From the NCBI RefSeq assembly GCF_964355755.1, contig NC_092672.1:21899237-21963236 (forward strand): a stretch of 64,000 nucleotides of DNA, read 5' to 3'. The translations under genes and the position numbers were made by a program. Below are positions 27,425 through 41,138 of this stretch, one piece after another. How positions within the stretch are numbered: the stretch's first letter is position 1; each line of letters opens with the position of its first letter. A model generated the notes under the pieces. It saw nothing but the letters and a program-made list of their open reading frames with translations. It was not told the origin of the DNA and did not search any database. The DNA is from Antedon mediterranea (taxonomy: Eukaryota > Animalia > Echinodermata).

Positions 27425-29702
27425 CCCACATTAAAACAACTTTGGAGAAATTTAAATGAGGGTAAATTAGATGAAAGACTCTTGAGGCATATTTGGACAA
27501 ATGAGTCAGAAGAGATGATAGTCTTCTTTGTGTCTCTAATGCAAACCTTTGGGTTAATGTGTGAAAAAAAGAGTAAAAAGGTATTTAAATTTTGTTTAAT
27601 TACAGTAAGTGCAATTATTTGTTGGATGTTTTATCTACAATACTACACATGTTATTATTTTTTTTGTAGAATGTTGGACGAATGTTCTATGTTCTTTCAC
27701 GTCTGAAACCTCAGCGAGTTCTGTCATTAGCTGTTGAGTATGAAGAAAAGCGGGCTATTTCTCTCTTTCATGACTTTGATGGCTATCTTCCAGATGACCT
27801 CTTTCAACGTGCTGCAACCAAATTTATTGAGAAATTTCAGATGGAAGATATTGAACCTAAATTATTTTACGAACATGTAGAACTGAATACTGATAGTGAT
27901 CATCTGGTTGTTCTAAAAATAGCTACCTTCAATAATCGTCGTTTTTTTCAGGTAGACTTGATAATTTAAGAAAAAAAAACCAGAAGGTTATTAACCATCA
28001 TTACAAAAACATTTTACTGTAACACTTCTATTTTATATTGTAGACAACAATAGTTAGAACAAAATCCACAGATGTTGTTGGTTCTTATGAAGATGATGAT
28101 GATGATCCACTACCTAGCATCTGTAAGAAGGTAAGATCCCTTTCATCGTATAAATATCCATCATAACTTACTTACCATAGTTTTGTATTTCCGTAGTACC
28201 CTATTTATCTTCATTTCCGCACGTAATATGGGACTGATTTTCCATAGTAATTATGGACGTTCAGAACTTTGAAATAACAGTGTTTTTTCTCCAAATTTCC
28301 TAAAAAAAATTCCGATTTTGGAATATCGTTTAAGCAACAATGTTGTACAGATTATAGTGGATAATAATGAAAATAAATTTTGGAAATTGTGGTTTTACTG
28401 ACTTGTCTAGCATTTATTTCAAAATAATACAATTTAACGTTTTGCTCAATTTATAGCAGCAACTTCATATTTTGTTTACAATTTTTTTTTCAGTTATTAT
28501 TGATATTAATAATTAATTTGCATAAATTGATTTTAATTATTATAACTTATTACCATACTGGAAGTACCTTCAAGGGTTGGTTATTCGCATTGGTTATTAT
28601 GGAAGCCCGTTCAGGCCACTATATTAATTATATTTCCGCCAGATAAATAATTAATTAATTATCTGGAAGACACCACTTAATTATCTGTCTGTATTGCTTC
28701 AATTATCTGACTGCCAGTCACTACAAGTTCTCATAAACACCAACCCGTAGTCCAGGTCAATCCTACATTTTTGTCGTCGCATCTAAGTTTCAATATATCG
28801 CGTCAACATTGTATTTGCCGTCATATGTCAATGCAAACATACTTGTTGACGCAAACAGACAGATAATTAATTATCAGTTGTTATATGGCAGACTCCACTT
28901 AATTATTTTGCGGTGGCCGTCAGATAATTAAGTGGCATCCGGCAGATAATTAAGTGGCATCCGGCAGATAATTAAGTGGCATCCGCCAGATAATTAAGAG
29001 TCGGCAGCTTTTAAAATATAATTAACTAGTGGACCAAACAGGCTTACATAGGTTATAAACTTTTTTTAAGATAACCATTTAATGTAAAAAAACAGCTTGA
29101 CGCACATATGGCTTAGTATTCATATTTTTAAAGATGTTTGAACTATTAAATCATGTATTTAAATGTACATTATTTATTTGGTATAACACCATGTTTAAAA
29201 ATAGTAGTGTAGCCTGTTGAATTGTGTAATTTTAGCCTCCCCTCCCCCCAGCGGGGGAGGGGGGCTACGGGGGCTCTAGCCCCCTCAGATAAACTCGAAA
29301 TAGATATGTAGACTTATACTGTACATCATATAAGCACGCTTACTTAAAAATGTATTTTTATTAATGTTTACCATACAAAACCCAACTGCCTTTGTCAAAA
29401 TGTCCCTAGGCTTAATTGTACCATTGGCCTACAGGCTACACATCCTGTATAACATTTTGTGCACATTATTATTTATATTTTCTAGGTGCTTAGTTTCCTA
29501 GATAAAGAATTGCGAATTTTTAGTGAGAATGGTACACGTGGTGTTGAAGTGAAAATGTGCATCCCTTGCCGTGTGTGTAGTTCCAAGGAACAATCGCCTA
29601 ATCATATGCAAGTTGTTCAACAATTTGACAAAAATTCATTGCCATGTGGAAGCAAGAAAATGGATGTAAAACGTTACCATAAACTGTTTGGAGAACTAAA
29701 AG
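27425..29702 (+). CDS. Roco gene exons: COR domain (27425-27580, 27670-27951, 28044-28130, 29486-29702)
   Basis: EGKLDERLLRHIW, LMQTFGLMC, FYVLSRL, YLPDDLFQR and C-terminal CIPC..C..H..C motifs typical of COR-B. Confidence 0.8.
28598..29050. mobile_element. Non-autonomous IS3EU-like DNA transposon
   Basis: Imperfect ~37-bp TIRs TATGGAAGCCCGTTCAGGCCACTA / TAGTGGACCAAACAGGCTTACATA with a 6-bp TSD GGTTAT (28592-28597, 29051-29056); internal 22-bp repeats GCAGATAATTAAGTGGCATCCG. Confidence 0.7.
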
Positions 29703-31656
29703 GTAAATGAATGTTATGTGATCATGAATTGAGTAGAGGGTTTGTATACTGGTCCATCTCAACTGCTGTTGTTCATGGTAGGTGCTGCAGTTTGGCTGCT
29801 GTAAAACAAATTGCATCAATGTGGATGCATCAGAAGGTTGTCAAACATTTGTGTTTTCTTCAAAAGGCAAAAGTAATACATTTTCTTGAATGGCTAACCA
29901 TGGGTGAAACCTAATTCTACACTCGGAATACAAAGGTTTTAGGTTGTGCCAACGTATCACAAAAGCCATATACTCATCACTCTTTTTGTATTCGTCACTA
30001 CAATTTCAAATGTTCCATTTTACTATAAAGTAAACCCTGATTTTAGAAAAATAACAAAAGAAGTAAAATCGTTTTATGTCATTTTTGGCCCTATGAGGTG
30101 GTTCCTCAGATATTCTACTACTACATACTACTTCTTATATACAAGATTTGATTATGAAAATTGAGTTTGCAATAGCACGTCGTATTCTTGAAAGCAGCAA
30201 ACATTAGTCCTGGACTAAACCAGGACTATAAATAAAAAGGTTTTGTCAACAAAAATACTAACGTTGTTCATGGCTAAATATAGTTATTGTATAGGGCTCA
30301 GTGTTTTCTTGTAAACAAGCAATGATCAGTGTTAAGTTGCCACTAAAATCACTAATCTCCAGATAGGAAATAATATCTGACTTCTAATCCCTTAAAAGAG
30401 CAATATCAATGCAGGGGCTAAATTTCACAAATTTTATTGCAAAAAATAGCACATCAAATTAAGTTCAGCACTTCATTTCATTATTACATTTAGGCCCTAG
30501 GCCCTCTATTCAAAATCCTGTATCTTAGTACTGCTAGATTTGTATCTGGCAGTATAATTTTGTGGAACATAAATTGGCTATTTTTCTCAGATATTTTTCT
30601 GTACTGTAGCCTACACCTCGATTACAATTTCTATATTTTATTAAGATACCATGTTAATGACCACTAGGCCTACTGTACATATTGATGAAGCAAACAATTG
30701 CTATTATAACACCTAAATAAACTCCTGTCATTTGATTAGACGATTGTGGGTCACATGGTGTGCAATAGTACGCACTATTTAATGATTGCTAAATATCACT
30801 TTCACGACCAAAAAAGCATTTAAATTAGCTTTAGATTAGCTTTTTGATTAATTAATGTGAACAACTCTATAAGATGCAGAATCATTGGAATCATTTTTAA
30901 ATTTTTTTTATAATACATTTTTATCATAATTGTCATCATTAAAGTGCAGACCTAACTTTAATTCAATCTGACTCAAATGACAGGAATCTATTAATGTTAT
31001 ATAAAACAAATAATGAATGTTATATTCGTGAAATGGTACAAGTAATGTCATTCGGTTAATGATGAAAGGTTATATTTCATCATTCACCTCATTGCATTAT
31101 TGTACCATTCCACGAATATGAACATTCATTGCTTGTATAATAGTCACTTAAAGTATGCACTGGTTTGCAATTAAATTTTATTAAGTAAAATAATTAATAC
31201 TAAAAATGCAATAATGGGTATATCAAATTTTTTTATGTCAAATAATATTGATGTACAGTATGGTGACTGTTAACACTGAACATCTGTATTTGCTTGTTAA
31301 TGTTTAGAATAGCAAGATAATAGGATGTTTGGCATTCTTTAGCATATACAATATCAAAAGCTTTATTCCTATTTTTTTATTTTCAGAGGAAGACAATAAA
31401 GACGATCATGAAGATAGTATTGGTAACCTTTTTTACTTTCCTTCAATCTGTCAATTGATTTTAAACTTAATGTTGTATTTGTATTAAACAAATAATTTCA
31501 TCAAATATAAAATTTGACAGACAATATGTTTTATTTACAATTATTGTGTATATCGTGCAATACTAGACTGTCAAACATGAATCATTTAATTCACTAACAT
31601 TTCCACAGATCTAACATCAGATTTTCAATAAACTACTCATTTGTTTGTTTCATAAG

Positions 31657-32169
31657 GAATTCCAGAAAAAAAATACAAATTGCTATTGGTAATCTTCTCA
31701 ACCTGGTATGACGAGCGCCGCCATGATGGTTTTTTCAATATGCTCAAATGTGTGTACAATGATTTATTGGAAAACTATATATTTGATAACATCAAGAGTA
31801 CAATAGACATGCTACATGGGTTGCATGATGCTGGAAAGTTGAGCCCACAGAATCTTACACTTCTACATGACACAATTATTATCACTAAGCAAGATGGACT
31901 AAGAGACAAACTTAGAACAGTGGTGCCATCATTTCCAACTGTAGAAAGAGTTTCATCATTACTATCGTCACACAGGCAACAAGTACTGTCATTTTTCTCT
32001 ACATTATCTTCAGATGATGTAAACAAAATTAATGCAAGATTTAATATTCCCAAAAAGTCATATTCGGATCGCTGGAGTATGCTCTTTGATCTTGAAAAAT
32101 GCAGAGGTGAAATAAATGAAGAGAATTGGAAGACATTTGTTGAAGATTGGAAAGAAATTGACATTCAAA
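31657..32169 (+). CDS. Roco gene exon: tandem death-effector-like domains
   Basis: YKLLL..W...MLKCVYNDLL...IDMLHGLHDAGKLSPQNLTLLHDTI and HRQQVLSFFSTLSSDDV...WSMLFDLEK.GEINEEN resemble two DED-like repeats. Confidence 0.6.
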
Positions 32170-33510
32170 GTATGTTTGTTTATTTATCAATATAAAAAGT
32201 ATAATAACTGACATGATTATTGATGTCAAAGGGTGTAATCACTTCCCACCCCTGTAACGGCCTAGAAAAAAGTGCCGCAACAAATACTCAAACTCAGAAT
32301 TTTCTTGTTGATGTGCAGATATCTATAACATTAACCAACCAAAATGGAACAAATTCTCAAATTACATTAAAACAAACTATAAATTCATTACACTTTTATC
32401 TTTTAAAAACTCAATCCAATTTTTGATTAATGTATCTTATCATTTGATTTTAATATTTCTTCCATTTATTTTACTTTTATTATTGTCTTTCAGTAAATAG
32501 TTGGCCTATGGTATATATTTTATGTACTTTATCAATGTTCTATACTGTACGATTTTGGAAATCAAGGCTTTAGCTATGCTTATAAAGATAGAAGAAATAA
32601 AACAATTCTTTTGGCAATGATACTGCTACAAAAATGCTGTTACTATAGTGTAAATTCTGACAATAGTATGTTAAATAAAGTTTTAACCTACCTAATTATA
32701 AATGCATGATTTCTTTGTAGTTTTGTAATGTTTCTTTTAGGTTTATTTTAAATTGTAAATTTTTTTTTATTATAGCACCTACTAAAAAACCAAGGCTAGT
32801 ATGAGAAGGGAAATCAACAGCAACAAAAGAATTCCATGAAGAAAAGAAGTCGGGTAGAAAATGTTTAATTACATAAAAATTTAAAATTAACCTATTTTTT
32901 GTTTAATTTTTTGTTGCTGTTAAATGCTAATTATTATCTTTTTTTTATGACTCCAGAGAACTCTGATGACAGCAATCAAGGTATTAGAAAACAAAAGAGA
33001 AAAAAAGGTAGGGCTATCTACAAATTGATTGATTGATAGAAAACCTAGAAATGTATAGTTGAACATTAGAGCTTAAACATACATATTTTATAGTACTGGC
33101 TTTGTTTCTTTATTTGCACGATATCGTCTACTATTTTAAGTTACTGCCCAGAATATGTGGCTGTTTACAGATTTTCTTTTACTATGGATCGTGTAAATTT
33201 TAAATTATAATATTCGTATTGCCCAAGAAATTCATTTACCCAAACCAAGACTTACTGCCTTCAGACATTCAATCAGATATACTGGTCCCATGAATTGGAA
33301 TAAACAAATCAAACATTTGGCAACTAAATTTTTATTTAATAACAAATTTAAATCTTTCCTTATCTCTAAATATTAATGTTTCCCCCTGGTGATGTGTGTG
33401 TGCGTGTATCTGTGTTGTTTGTGTATGTACTGTATATGGATGTCTGTGTGTGTTGTGCTCGTGTGTTTGTGTTCTGTCTTTATTTATTGTAATATTTTTT
33501 CCCTGTATAT

Positions 33511-34150
33511 ATTACTCTTCTGTGTGGGCTTCCACATCACAGGCTTGCCTTTCGTGGAGTGCCATCTTTCTTTTATTACTCTTCTGTGTGGGCTTCCACA
33601 TCACAGGCTTGCCTTTCGTGGAGTGCCATCTTTCTTATATTACTCTTATGTGTGGGCTTCCACATCACAGGCTTGCCTTTCTTGAAGTGCCATCTTTCTT
33701 ATATCACTCTTCTGTGTGGGCTTCCACATCACAGGCTTGCCTTTCGTGGAGTGCCATCTTTCTTTTATTACTCTTCTGTGTGGGCTTCCACATCACAGGC
33801 CTGCCTTTCGTGGAGTGCCATCTTTCTTTTATTACTCTTCTGTGTTGGCTTCCACATCACAGGTTTGCCTTTCCTGGAGTGCCATCTTTCTTTTATTACT
33901 CTTCTGTGTGGGCTTCCACATCACAGGTTTGCCTTTCTTGGAGTGCCATCTTTCTTTTATTACTCTTCTGTGTGGGCTTCCACATCACAGGTTTGCCTTT
34001 CGTGGAGTGCCATCTTTCTTTTATTACTCTTCTGTGTGGGCTTCCACATCACAGGCTTGCCTTTCGTGGAGTGCCATCTTTCTTTTATTACTCTTCTGTG
34101 TGGGCTTCCACATCACAGGCTTGCCTTTCGTGGAGTGCCATCTTTCTTTT
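33511..34150. repeat. Minisatellite, 10 x 64 bp, probably an amplified LINE 3'-tail stem-loop
   Basis: Unit ATTACTCTTCTGTGTGGGCTTCCACATCACAGGCTTGCCTTTCGTGGAGTGCCATCTTTCTTTT starts at 33511, 33575, 33639 ... 34087. Confidence 0.9.
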
Positions 34151-34529
34151 TACATTTTGTTGTATTACTATAAGGTTTATTTTTTGTTGATAAATATAAA
34201 AAAAGAAAGAGAAAATATTAATAATTTTATGAAATTTAAAATAAAAGAGTAATGATATGTTTTTATATAAATATATTTTTCAAAATGAATTATTTGAAAT
34301 TCAATACTACCTACCTTATTTAAGTACCTTATTAATTTATATTATTGTAATAGAAAATGAATGTTTACGTTGAGCTTAAAATCAATTCAAATGTGTTTTC
34401 TCCTAATGGAGTTGAATAAATTTGAATTTGAATATACTTACAGAACGGTTATTTAAAAAGAAAAATATATTGATGTCACAAATATTTGAGTATATTTTCT
34501 TCAATGTGGGCCAAAATAATAAATACCGC

Positions 34530-37266
34530 ACCCTCTCTTAAATTACTCTCTCTATTTTGCAAAGTATCAAGATCATTTAAACAGTACAACAAAGAGGAAT
34601 TCCTGTCAAAACTGTCCGAAATAGATTGGACAAAAGTTACATCTAAAGTTAATGTTAACGACGCATGGTCGTCATTTAAGGAAGCTCTTAGCTCCGTCAT
34701 AAATTGTGTGGCACCCCTTAGAAAGATGAGGGTGAAACAAAGGTCAAATCCATGGTTTAACACAGATATTCTAAATGATATACGAACTCAATATTTTAAT
34801 AAATTTAAGATCATGATATGTATTGTAAATTAAGAAACAAGGTCAAGCGCAATGTTAAAAAAGCTAAATCAACGTATTTTCAAAATAAAATAATTGAAAA
34901 TAAAAACAATCCTAAGAAATTATGGCAACATCTTAAGAAATTAGGATATAGTGAAAAGACGTCTGAACAAGCTAAAGTTGTTTTGGAAATAAATGAATCA
35001 AAAATTCACAATCCACAAGAGGTTGCTACACATTTTAATAATCATTTTACCAATGTAGCAAGATATCTTGTTGATAAACTTCCACCCATGAGTAACATGT
35101 TTAACTATGGTTCCAAAATTGTAAAAGACTTATTCTTCAAAAGTTACAACTCTTTTTAGCCTTAAACCTGTGTCAGAAGAATTCAATCTTAAACAACTTG
35201 AAAGTCTTGACCCTACAAAAAGTACAGGTCTCGATGGGCTACCAGCTAAATTCCTTAAAGATGGCGCCGGTGTACTGGCTTCCCCTTTAACGTATTTTAT
35301 CAATTTGTCAATTAATACAGGAGTTGTTCCGAGTGATTTTAAAATAGCTAAAGTCATCCCACTGTATAAAAAAAAATTTCGTAAAAATCCAGAAAACTAT
35401 AGACCCATCAGCGTCTTAAGTGTTGTCTCAAAAATTCTCGAAAGGTCGTTTCATGTTCAGTTAGAACAGTACCTTGTGGAAAATGATCTTATTTATCAAT
35501 ATCAGTCAGGTTTTCGGCAATTTCATTCTACCGAAAGTACTTTAATTAATCTTTTAGACACAATTAAATTAAATAACTCCGAAGGTACACATACTGGTAT
35601 GGTACTTATAGATTTATGTAAGGCATTCGACACTGTCGATCATGATATATTGTGTGAAAAGCTTTTGTTAATGGGCATCACTTCATTAGATTGGTTTCGT
35701 TCATATTTGTCAAACAGAAGCCAAATTGTTAAAATCGAAGACTCCTTATCCGTTCCCATGGATATTTCATGTGGAGTTCCACAGGGTAGCATATTGGGTC
35801 CTTTGCTTTTTTTATGTTTCATAAACGATATGGTTGTAAGTATCGACCCTGAATGCAAATTGCTGTTATATGCTGATGACAGTGCAATTGTTTTCTGGCA
35901 CAAAGATCCGACTGTCATCGCTGATAAACTTAGTAAAGCTCTTGATTCATGTAGAGTATGGCTTGTCGATAACAAACTATCTATCAATATCAGTAAAACT
36001 GAATCTATCATCTTTTGTACCCAAAAAAGACTTCAACGTTTACGATCTTTCAATATTATTTCTCATGGCCTTACTTTAACGGGTTCTAAATCAGTAAAAT
36101 ATTTAGGTATAGAACTTGATAGTTCTGCCTCTTGTAACAACATCGCCAAAAGTGTTATAAAAAAGGCGAATAGTAGATTAAGGTATTTATATCGTCAGGC
36201 TAGTTGCTTGGACAAAAATACGAAAAACTGTTATGCTCTGCCTTAATTCAATGCTTGTTTGATTATTGTGCTTCCACTTGGTATGAAGGTATTGACAAAG
36301 TTTTGAAGCAAAAACTACAGACCACTCAGAACAAATTTGTGCGTTTTATTTACGGTTTCGGACCACGATCTCATATTGGTCAGAAGGAGTTATCAGACAT
36401 TGGCATGCTTAAGGTTGAAAGTAGAGTAAAATTTCTCAGGCTTTGTAATGTTCATAAAATTGTCAATAACAATGCAGCTCCATATCTATCTGAACATTTC
36501 TCACGGACATCCACAATCCACACACATAACACACGCCAACGTAATGTTAATCTGGTTTTACCTCTACTTAAAGGAAATAAACAGTCTCATTCTACTTTTT
36601 TCTTCTCTGCTATCAAAGACTGGAACGCTCTTCCATCAAACTTAAAATTAATTTCCAACTTAACTACCTTCAAATCTCATATTAAAAAACATTTTGAACG
36701 CAATATTTTATATTTAGAATAATTTTGATAACTATAATGGTCTTGATAACGTGCAATTTTTCTAATTACTTGTTTGCTTTCTCTTTTAATTTTTCTGTTT
36801 TACTGGGCTTTATTTTAATGTATATATATATATATAGTTTTTATAGTTTTTTATTTCTTTTATTCCTGTCCACCCAGGCAGCACTTGCCAGCTTTATACT
36901 CTGACGTTATCCAAATTCCTTCACTTGCACTGATGAAGGGCTAGTGTTGCCCGAAAGCTCTGCTAACTTTTCTGGCTGTTTACTTTATCATTTTGATTTA
37001 GCTTTTCGCTTTTATTTTTGTATCTCCATTGAGATCCAGCCACTGATACCCACAGCATTGTCATTTTTTCAGTAATTTGCCTTTGGATTTATATATAGTT
37101 TTTATAAATGTTGTATTTTCTCTTGTTTGTTATGTGCAATTTGGACCCCATTGGAAATGGGCTGGTTTTTCCGGCCTAATGGGTGTTCCTGATGCTCGTT
37201 ATTTTGTCTTTTGTCTGTTTGTTATTTTAATGTTGAGCATCAAATAAATTCAATCAATCAATCAAT
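34530..37266 (+). mobile_element. 5'-truncated CR1/L2-group LINE with frameshifted RT ORF2
   Basis: KSTGLDG, NYRPISVL, QSGFR, DLCKAFDTVDH, GVPQGSILGPLLF, YADD, KYLG across ORFs 34486-36722; ends in AATAAATT(CAAT)n at 37243-37266. Confidence 0.9.
36850..37090 (+). mobile_element. Short Penelope-like insertion with a minimal hammerhead ribozyme (36927-36963) in the LINE 3' UTR
   Basis: GCA-CTGATGA-A-GGGC-tagtgtt-GCCC-GAAA-GCTC-TGC: hammerhead cores, palindromic AGCU, short stem I. Flanked by duplicated ATATATAGTTTTTATA (~36830 and 37091). Confidence 0.6.
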
Positions 37267-37720
37267 TTTTCTCAGTTTCTCAGTGCTTAATTTATTTTAT
37301 TTAGCTTTTATTTCCCAAGTAAACACAACATTTTTGTGTAATTTCTATATTTTATTTTAGGTGTTCTTAGATTTTAGTAGAAAAAGTGGTATATATTTCT
37401 ATTAGAGCTGAAATTACTGGATCTTTATCATGTACGAGCATGATTTCAATAATACCAAATAAATTGTGAAAACACTATTACACAGTTTTAGTTGACTCTG
37501 TATGAATGTTTGATGAAATGATAGATGACGTTTTATTGTGTTTTTACATATTTTCACATTAATTATTGCAGAAACCAGTTGTACTGCATCTGAGACATAA
37601 CGATTAACCATTGGAGGAGCATCATTGGTATAACCTTAATCAGCAACAAGTATATAGAAGAGACGTATTGTATAACAATGAGGATTAAAAAGCATATGTT
37701 TTAATTTAATTTTGACTTTT

Positions 37721-38130
37721 AAAAAGGGTCATGGGATTGAAGTTGTGTGAATACACAATCATGATGTACTCGGACCAAACAAACATCATCAGCTGCTATC
37801 TAGTTTCTTTAATCTGGACTGTAAAAAGAAGGGTCATGTGATTGAAGTTATGTAAACACACAATCATGATGTACTCGGACCAAACAAACATCATCAGCTG
37901 CTGTCTAGTTTCTTTAATCTGGACTGTAAAAAGAAGGGTCATGTGATTGAAGTTGTGTGAACACACAATCATGATGTACTCGGACAAAAAAAACATCATC
38001 AGCTTCTGTCTAGTTTCTTTAATCTGGACTGTAAAAAGAAGGATCATGTGATTGAAGTTGGGTGAATACATGCTATATGTAAGCCTACTCGAGACCAAAC
38101 AAAACATCATCAGCTGCTTTCTAGTTTCTG
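37721..38130. repeat. ~105-bp tandem repeat, about 4 copies
   Basis: AAAAGAAGGGTCATGTGATTGAAGTT...CATCATCAGCTGCTGTCTAGTTTCTTTAATCTGGACTGT recurs at ~37721, 37823, 37928, 38033. Confidence 0.85.
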
Positions 38131-38652
38131 TCAAATAAATCCTGACAAATAAAGGTGTTACCTTATGTATCTATCATCATCATGCCTCCTAAACCTAAAA
38201 TGGAATTGTCCTATTCTCACCATTCATCACCATTAATTTATATTTTACTGGCCATACAGATGCCTCTAATCACTCAATCACATCCAATATTAGGGTGTGA
38301 CTTGATCCATTACGTTTCTTTGGGAAAATCAATTATTTATGTAAATATTTATTTTATGTTATATTATGATGATATTTGACTGTTGGTAGGTGTGCATTTA
38401 CACACCTGTTATTTTTGTATAATATTGTTTGAGATGGTGGTATAATGGTAATGATGTGTATACAACAGGAATCTTAGCAATTTGTGCTTTGGTGGGTATG
38501 GCTAGTGATGTACCCAGAAATGGCACATAGAAAATATGTATAAATGAGAAAATAACTGTAGATAGTAATATATTATTCAAGAACATGTGGAAGGATTCAC
38601 CTTTATCTAGCTTTTTTTTTTCAATATTTTTTATTATTGATCTTATTTAAAA

Positions 38653-39104
38653 AGATGTATTGTTCCTTGAAACCAAAAAATTTGAAGGTCAAAATATTTA
38701 AAAATTTAAATTTGCCTTATCAAAGTAATATTAAAGTTATTCTTTAACAGGTAAATTAATTTGATTACATTTCGTCTGGAAAATCGTCGCGAGCAAAAGT
38801 AAACAAAGATTTCAAACCACAAGTATTGTGCATGATGCTAATTATGATTGTTTAAAACTCGAAAGAAGGTGTTTTCACACAGATCGCGAGGAAGTTTTAT
38901 GATTATGCATAGAGAATAGCCAAACAAGCGCTGCCGTTGCATTATGAGATATATTTTGATTGAAAACTTTGACTGGAAGTCTGTATTTCAGTTAAATGAT
39001 TTTTGGTGAAAGTAAATAACTATTATGATACTTCAAAATAAACCACTTATTTCTAAATCTTTTTTTTTTATTTGTTTAGAATTAATCAAAGGGACAATAC
39101 ATCT
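38653..39104. mobile_element. Second copy of the Kolobok-like non-autonomous element
   Basis: AGATGTATTGTTCC...GGGACAATACATCT|TTAA; internal sequence is the reverse complement of 14385-14934. Confidence 0.75.
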
Positions 39105-39426
39105 TTAACTTTAAACTTATATTATTTGTAAATATTAAAAGTGTACTATAATTTAAGACCATATTATAAGATAAAAAAGGGAATATTCAGATTATAGGCA
39201 GATGCCACCTTATTTTGATCCGCCACTTTGTGCTTTGTACACAAGTACATGCATTCATATTCTATTTTAATAAATGATATGGAATAATATTATCTTTAAA
39301 AGTGAATTTTTGTTGTCTGTTGTTGTGTGGCAAGTCAACTACTGTAATTAAATAATAAAGAGTAAAAAGTATGTGAAGGTAAACTGGTTTGTTTTGTTCA
39401 ATCTTGTATGAACGAATAAATACAGT

Positions 39427-40703
39427 TATTGGTTATCCGCACTTGGTGGATAACCCCTAGTTATTTTCAGGATCTTTTTTTTTCTATCTTATTCTTATTT
39501 CTTTCCCAGAATTTTGTTGCACGTGTATCTCTAATTTTTGTGGATATAACATCGTATAACTTTGATTGACCTTAAACTTTATGAAATTGTATTTCATAAT
39601 ATGGAGCAACGTTTTACATGATAAAAATGGCATGCTACGCTAAAAATTACGCGAGTACGCGTTTTTGAAATTTCAAAATGCGCAAAATTATAATTTCGAA
39701 TCAATTTTGCGTACATTTCAGGTCATTTTGAGCATTTCAAAATTGGATATTTTTTGGCGTTTTGCGCACGCGCTTGTGCGCACAGCTCGTAGAAAGCGTA
39801 GAAAAATGTTTTTTGCAATTGATTTTTGTTTTTCATACCACCTATAGATATATATTGTAGATATCAATTGATGTAAAATTTGTACCTACCGGATGTTCTG
39901 ACCACTCGCATTAAAAAAAATATTTTTCGGTTTAGTACTAGTTAATCCCATTTAATAGAGCGCATTGCTCTTATGCTTATCCCATTTCACCCTAGATTTT
40001 AATATTTTCTTTCTCAATCAATTCTCTTTTACATGTATTAAAAAAAATTGAAATTTTCTTACGTCATCATATTAAAAAATTAGAATAACGTTACCTACTT
40101 AATTTCGTCTATACAGTATATTTCAATCTGTCATAGCTCCTCGGAATGAAAAGTGACATGATTAAAACTTATTATGGAAGCTGTTGAATTGTAGATATGA
40201 ATTCCTATAAAAATGTTGTCTATCTGATGTCATGACGTCATCATATGGCAAGTTGAATTCAAAAAGTCAGATTTTCATCTCTTTCGTAAAAATTCACCGC
40301 ATTTAAAATAGCGCGCATCTCGCTTTTTTGTGTCTAAAATTCTTCAGATTTTCATTAATGTAATTATTTATATAATTATCTTCTAAAATTGCTATCTTTA
40401 TATTACATTTTGATGATGTCATCAAGTTAAAAATTGGATTAAAAAATGGGTCTCGTAATTTCATCTTTGCCACACTGTACGGTATATAACCAGGGAAAAG
40501 TTAAATTACATTAATTTAACTTTTCCCTGATATAACATAAACGTAAATACTGTTATGCTTTATGACATAAAATAGGTACAATTCAAAACTGTAAACATAT
40601 TTAATTCATGTTATAGGATGGCATAATAATTGTCGGCGTTCATGTAGGCCTATGAGGTTGCGCGGATAATCCGAACTCGTAAAAGTGACGAGTTCAAATC
40701 TAG
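39427..40703 (+). mobile_element. Non-autonomous Helentron/Helitron2-type element (HINE/DINE-1-like)
   Basis: 5' GGTTATCCGC with adjacent inverted GTGGATAACC; 3' sub-terminal IR GCGGATAATC, then hairpin GAACTCGT-aaaagtg-ACGAGTTC and ...AATCTAG|TT. Confidence 0.6.
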
Positions 40704-41138
40704 TTATAGTATTGGTATAGGTTTCATTCCTTTTCATCAGCATAATGACACACATAATAATCAGGACATTGATGCGAGTTTATTGATTTATTTAATCGTT
40801 ATTATTTACCTTATTAAATGAATATTTAGTGTCTGCTTGCTAATTTATATTTAGTTGAACCAATACACATTTTTGACAATTTATGGAATGCGGGCATAAG
40901 AGATCTGGAAATGTATTGATACATTATATAAAGATGCAAAGGGAAAGGTAAAATTGGAAGATATCTTGACGAAGGAATTTAAGATGAGGTTTTAACCAGG
41001 GCCCTTTCGTCCATACTAGGCCTATTAGCTGCATTTTCATAAAGAGAATATTTTTGTATGTAAAAACGTTCAGATTCTGAAGTCCGTTTATATACACTCC
41101 CTCTACAGCAAAGAATTAGAATATCGTACAATAACACA

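Larger units (their letters stand above)
7787..32804 (+). pseudogene. Multi-exon Roco-family gene: ankyrin repeats–death domain–ROC GTPase–COR–tandem DED-like domains; disrupted by a transposon in the ROC G3 exon; 5' exon(s) not identified
   Basis: Phase-compatible AG/GT exons: 7787-7885, 8780-8896, 10151-10244, 10747-10782, 11192-11440, 11913-12078, 12529-12632, 13312-13431, 13839-13952, 15000-15169+18945-18950, 23140-23229, 23555-23713, 24261-24509, 25059-25244, 27425-27580, 27670-27951, 28044-28130, 29486-29702, 31387-31422, 31657-32169, 32776-32804 (TGA). Motifs: GNSPLLRAA (ANK), GLENVGKTS (G1), WDFGGQ (G3), IGTHYE (G4), YLHDIGEILFY (COR). Confidence 0.85.

Noticed and set aside
30695-31140. 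Possible Crypton-like non-autonomous repeat with internal inverted segments
   Set aside because: Too degenerate to define ends or family from sequence alone.
33389-34252. Long overlapping ORFs (178-264 aa)
   Set aside because: They are translations of the 64-bp tandem repeat cycling through three frames.
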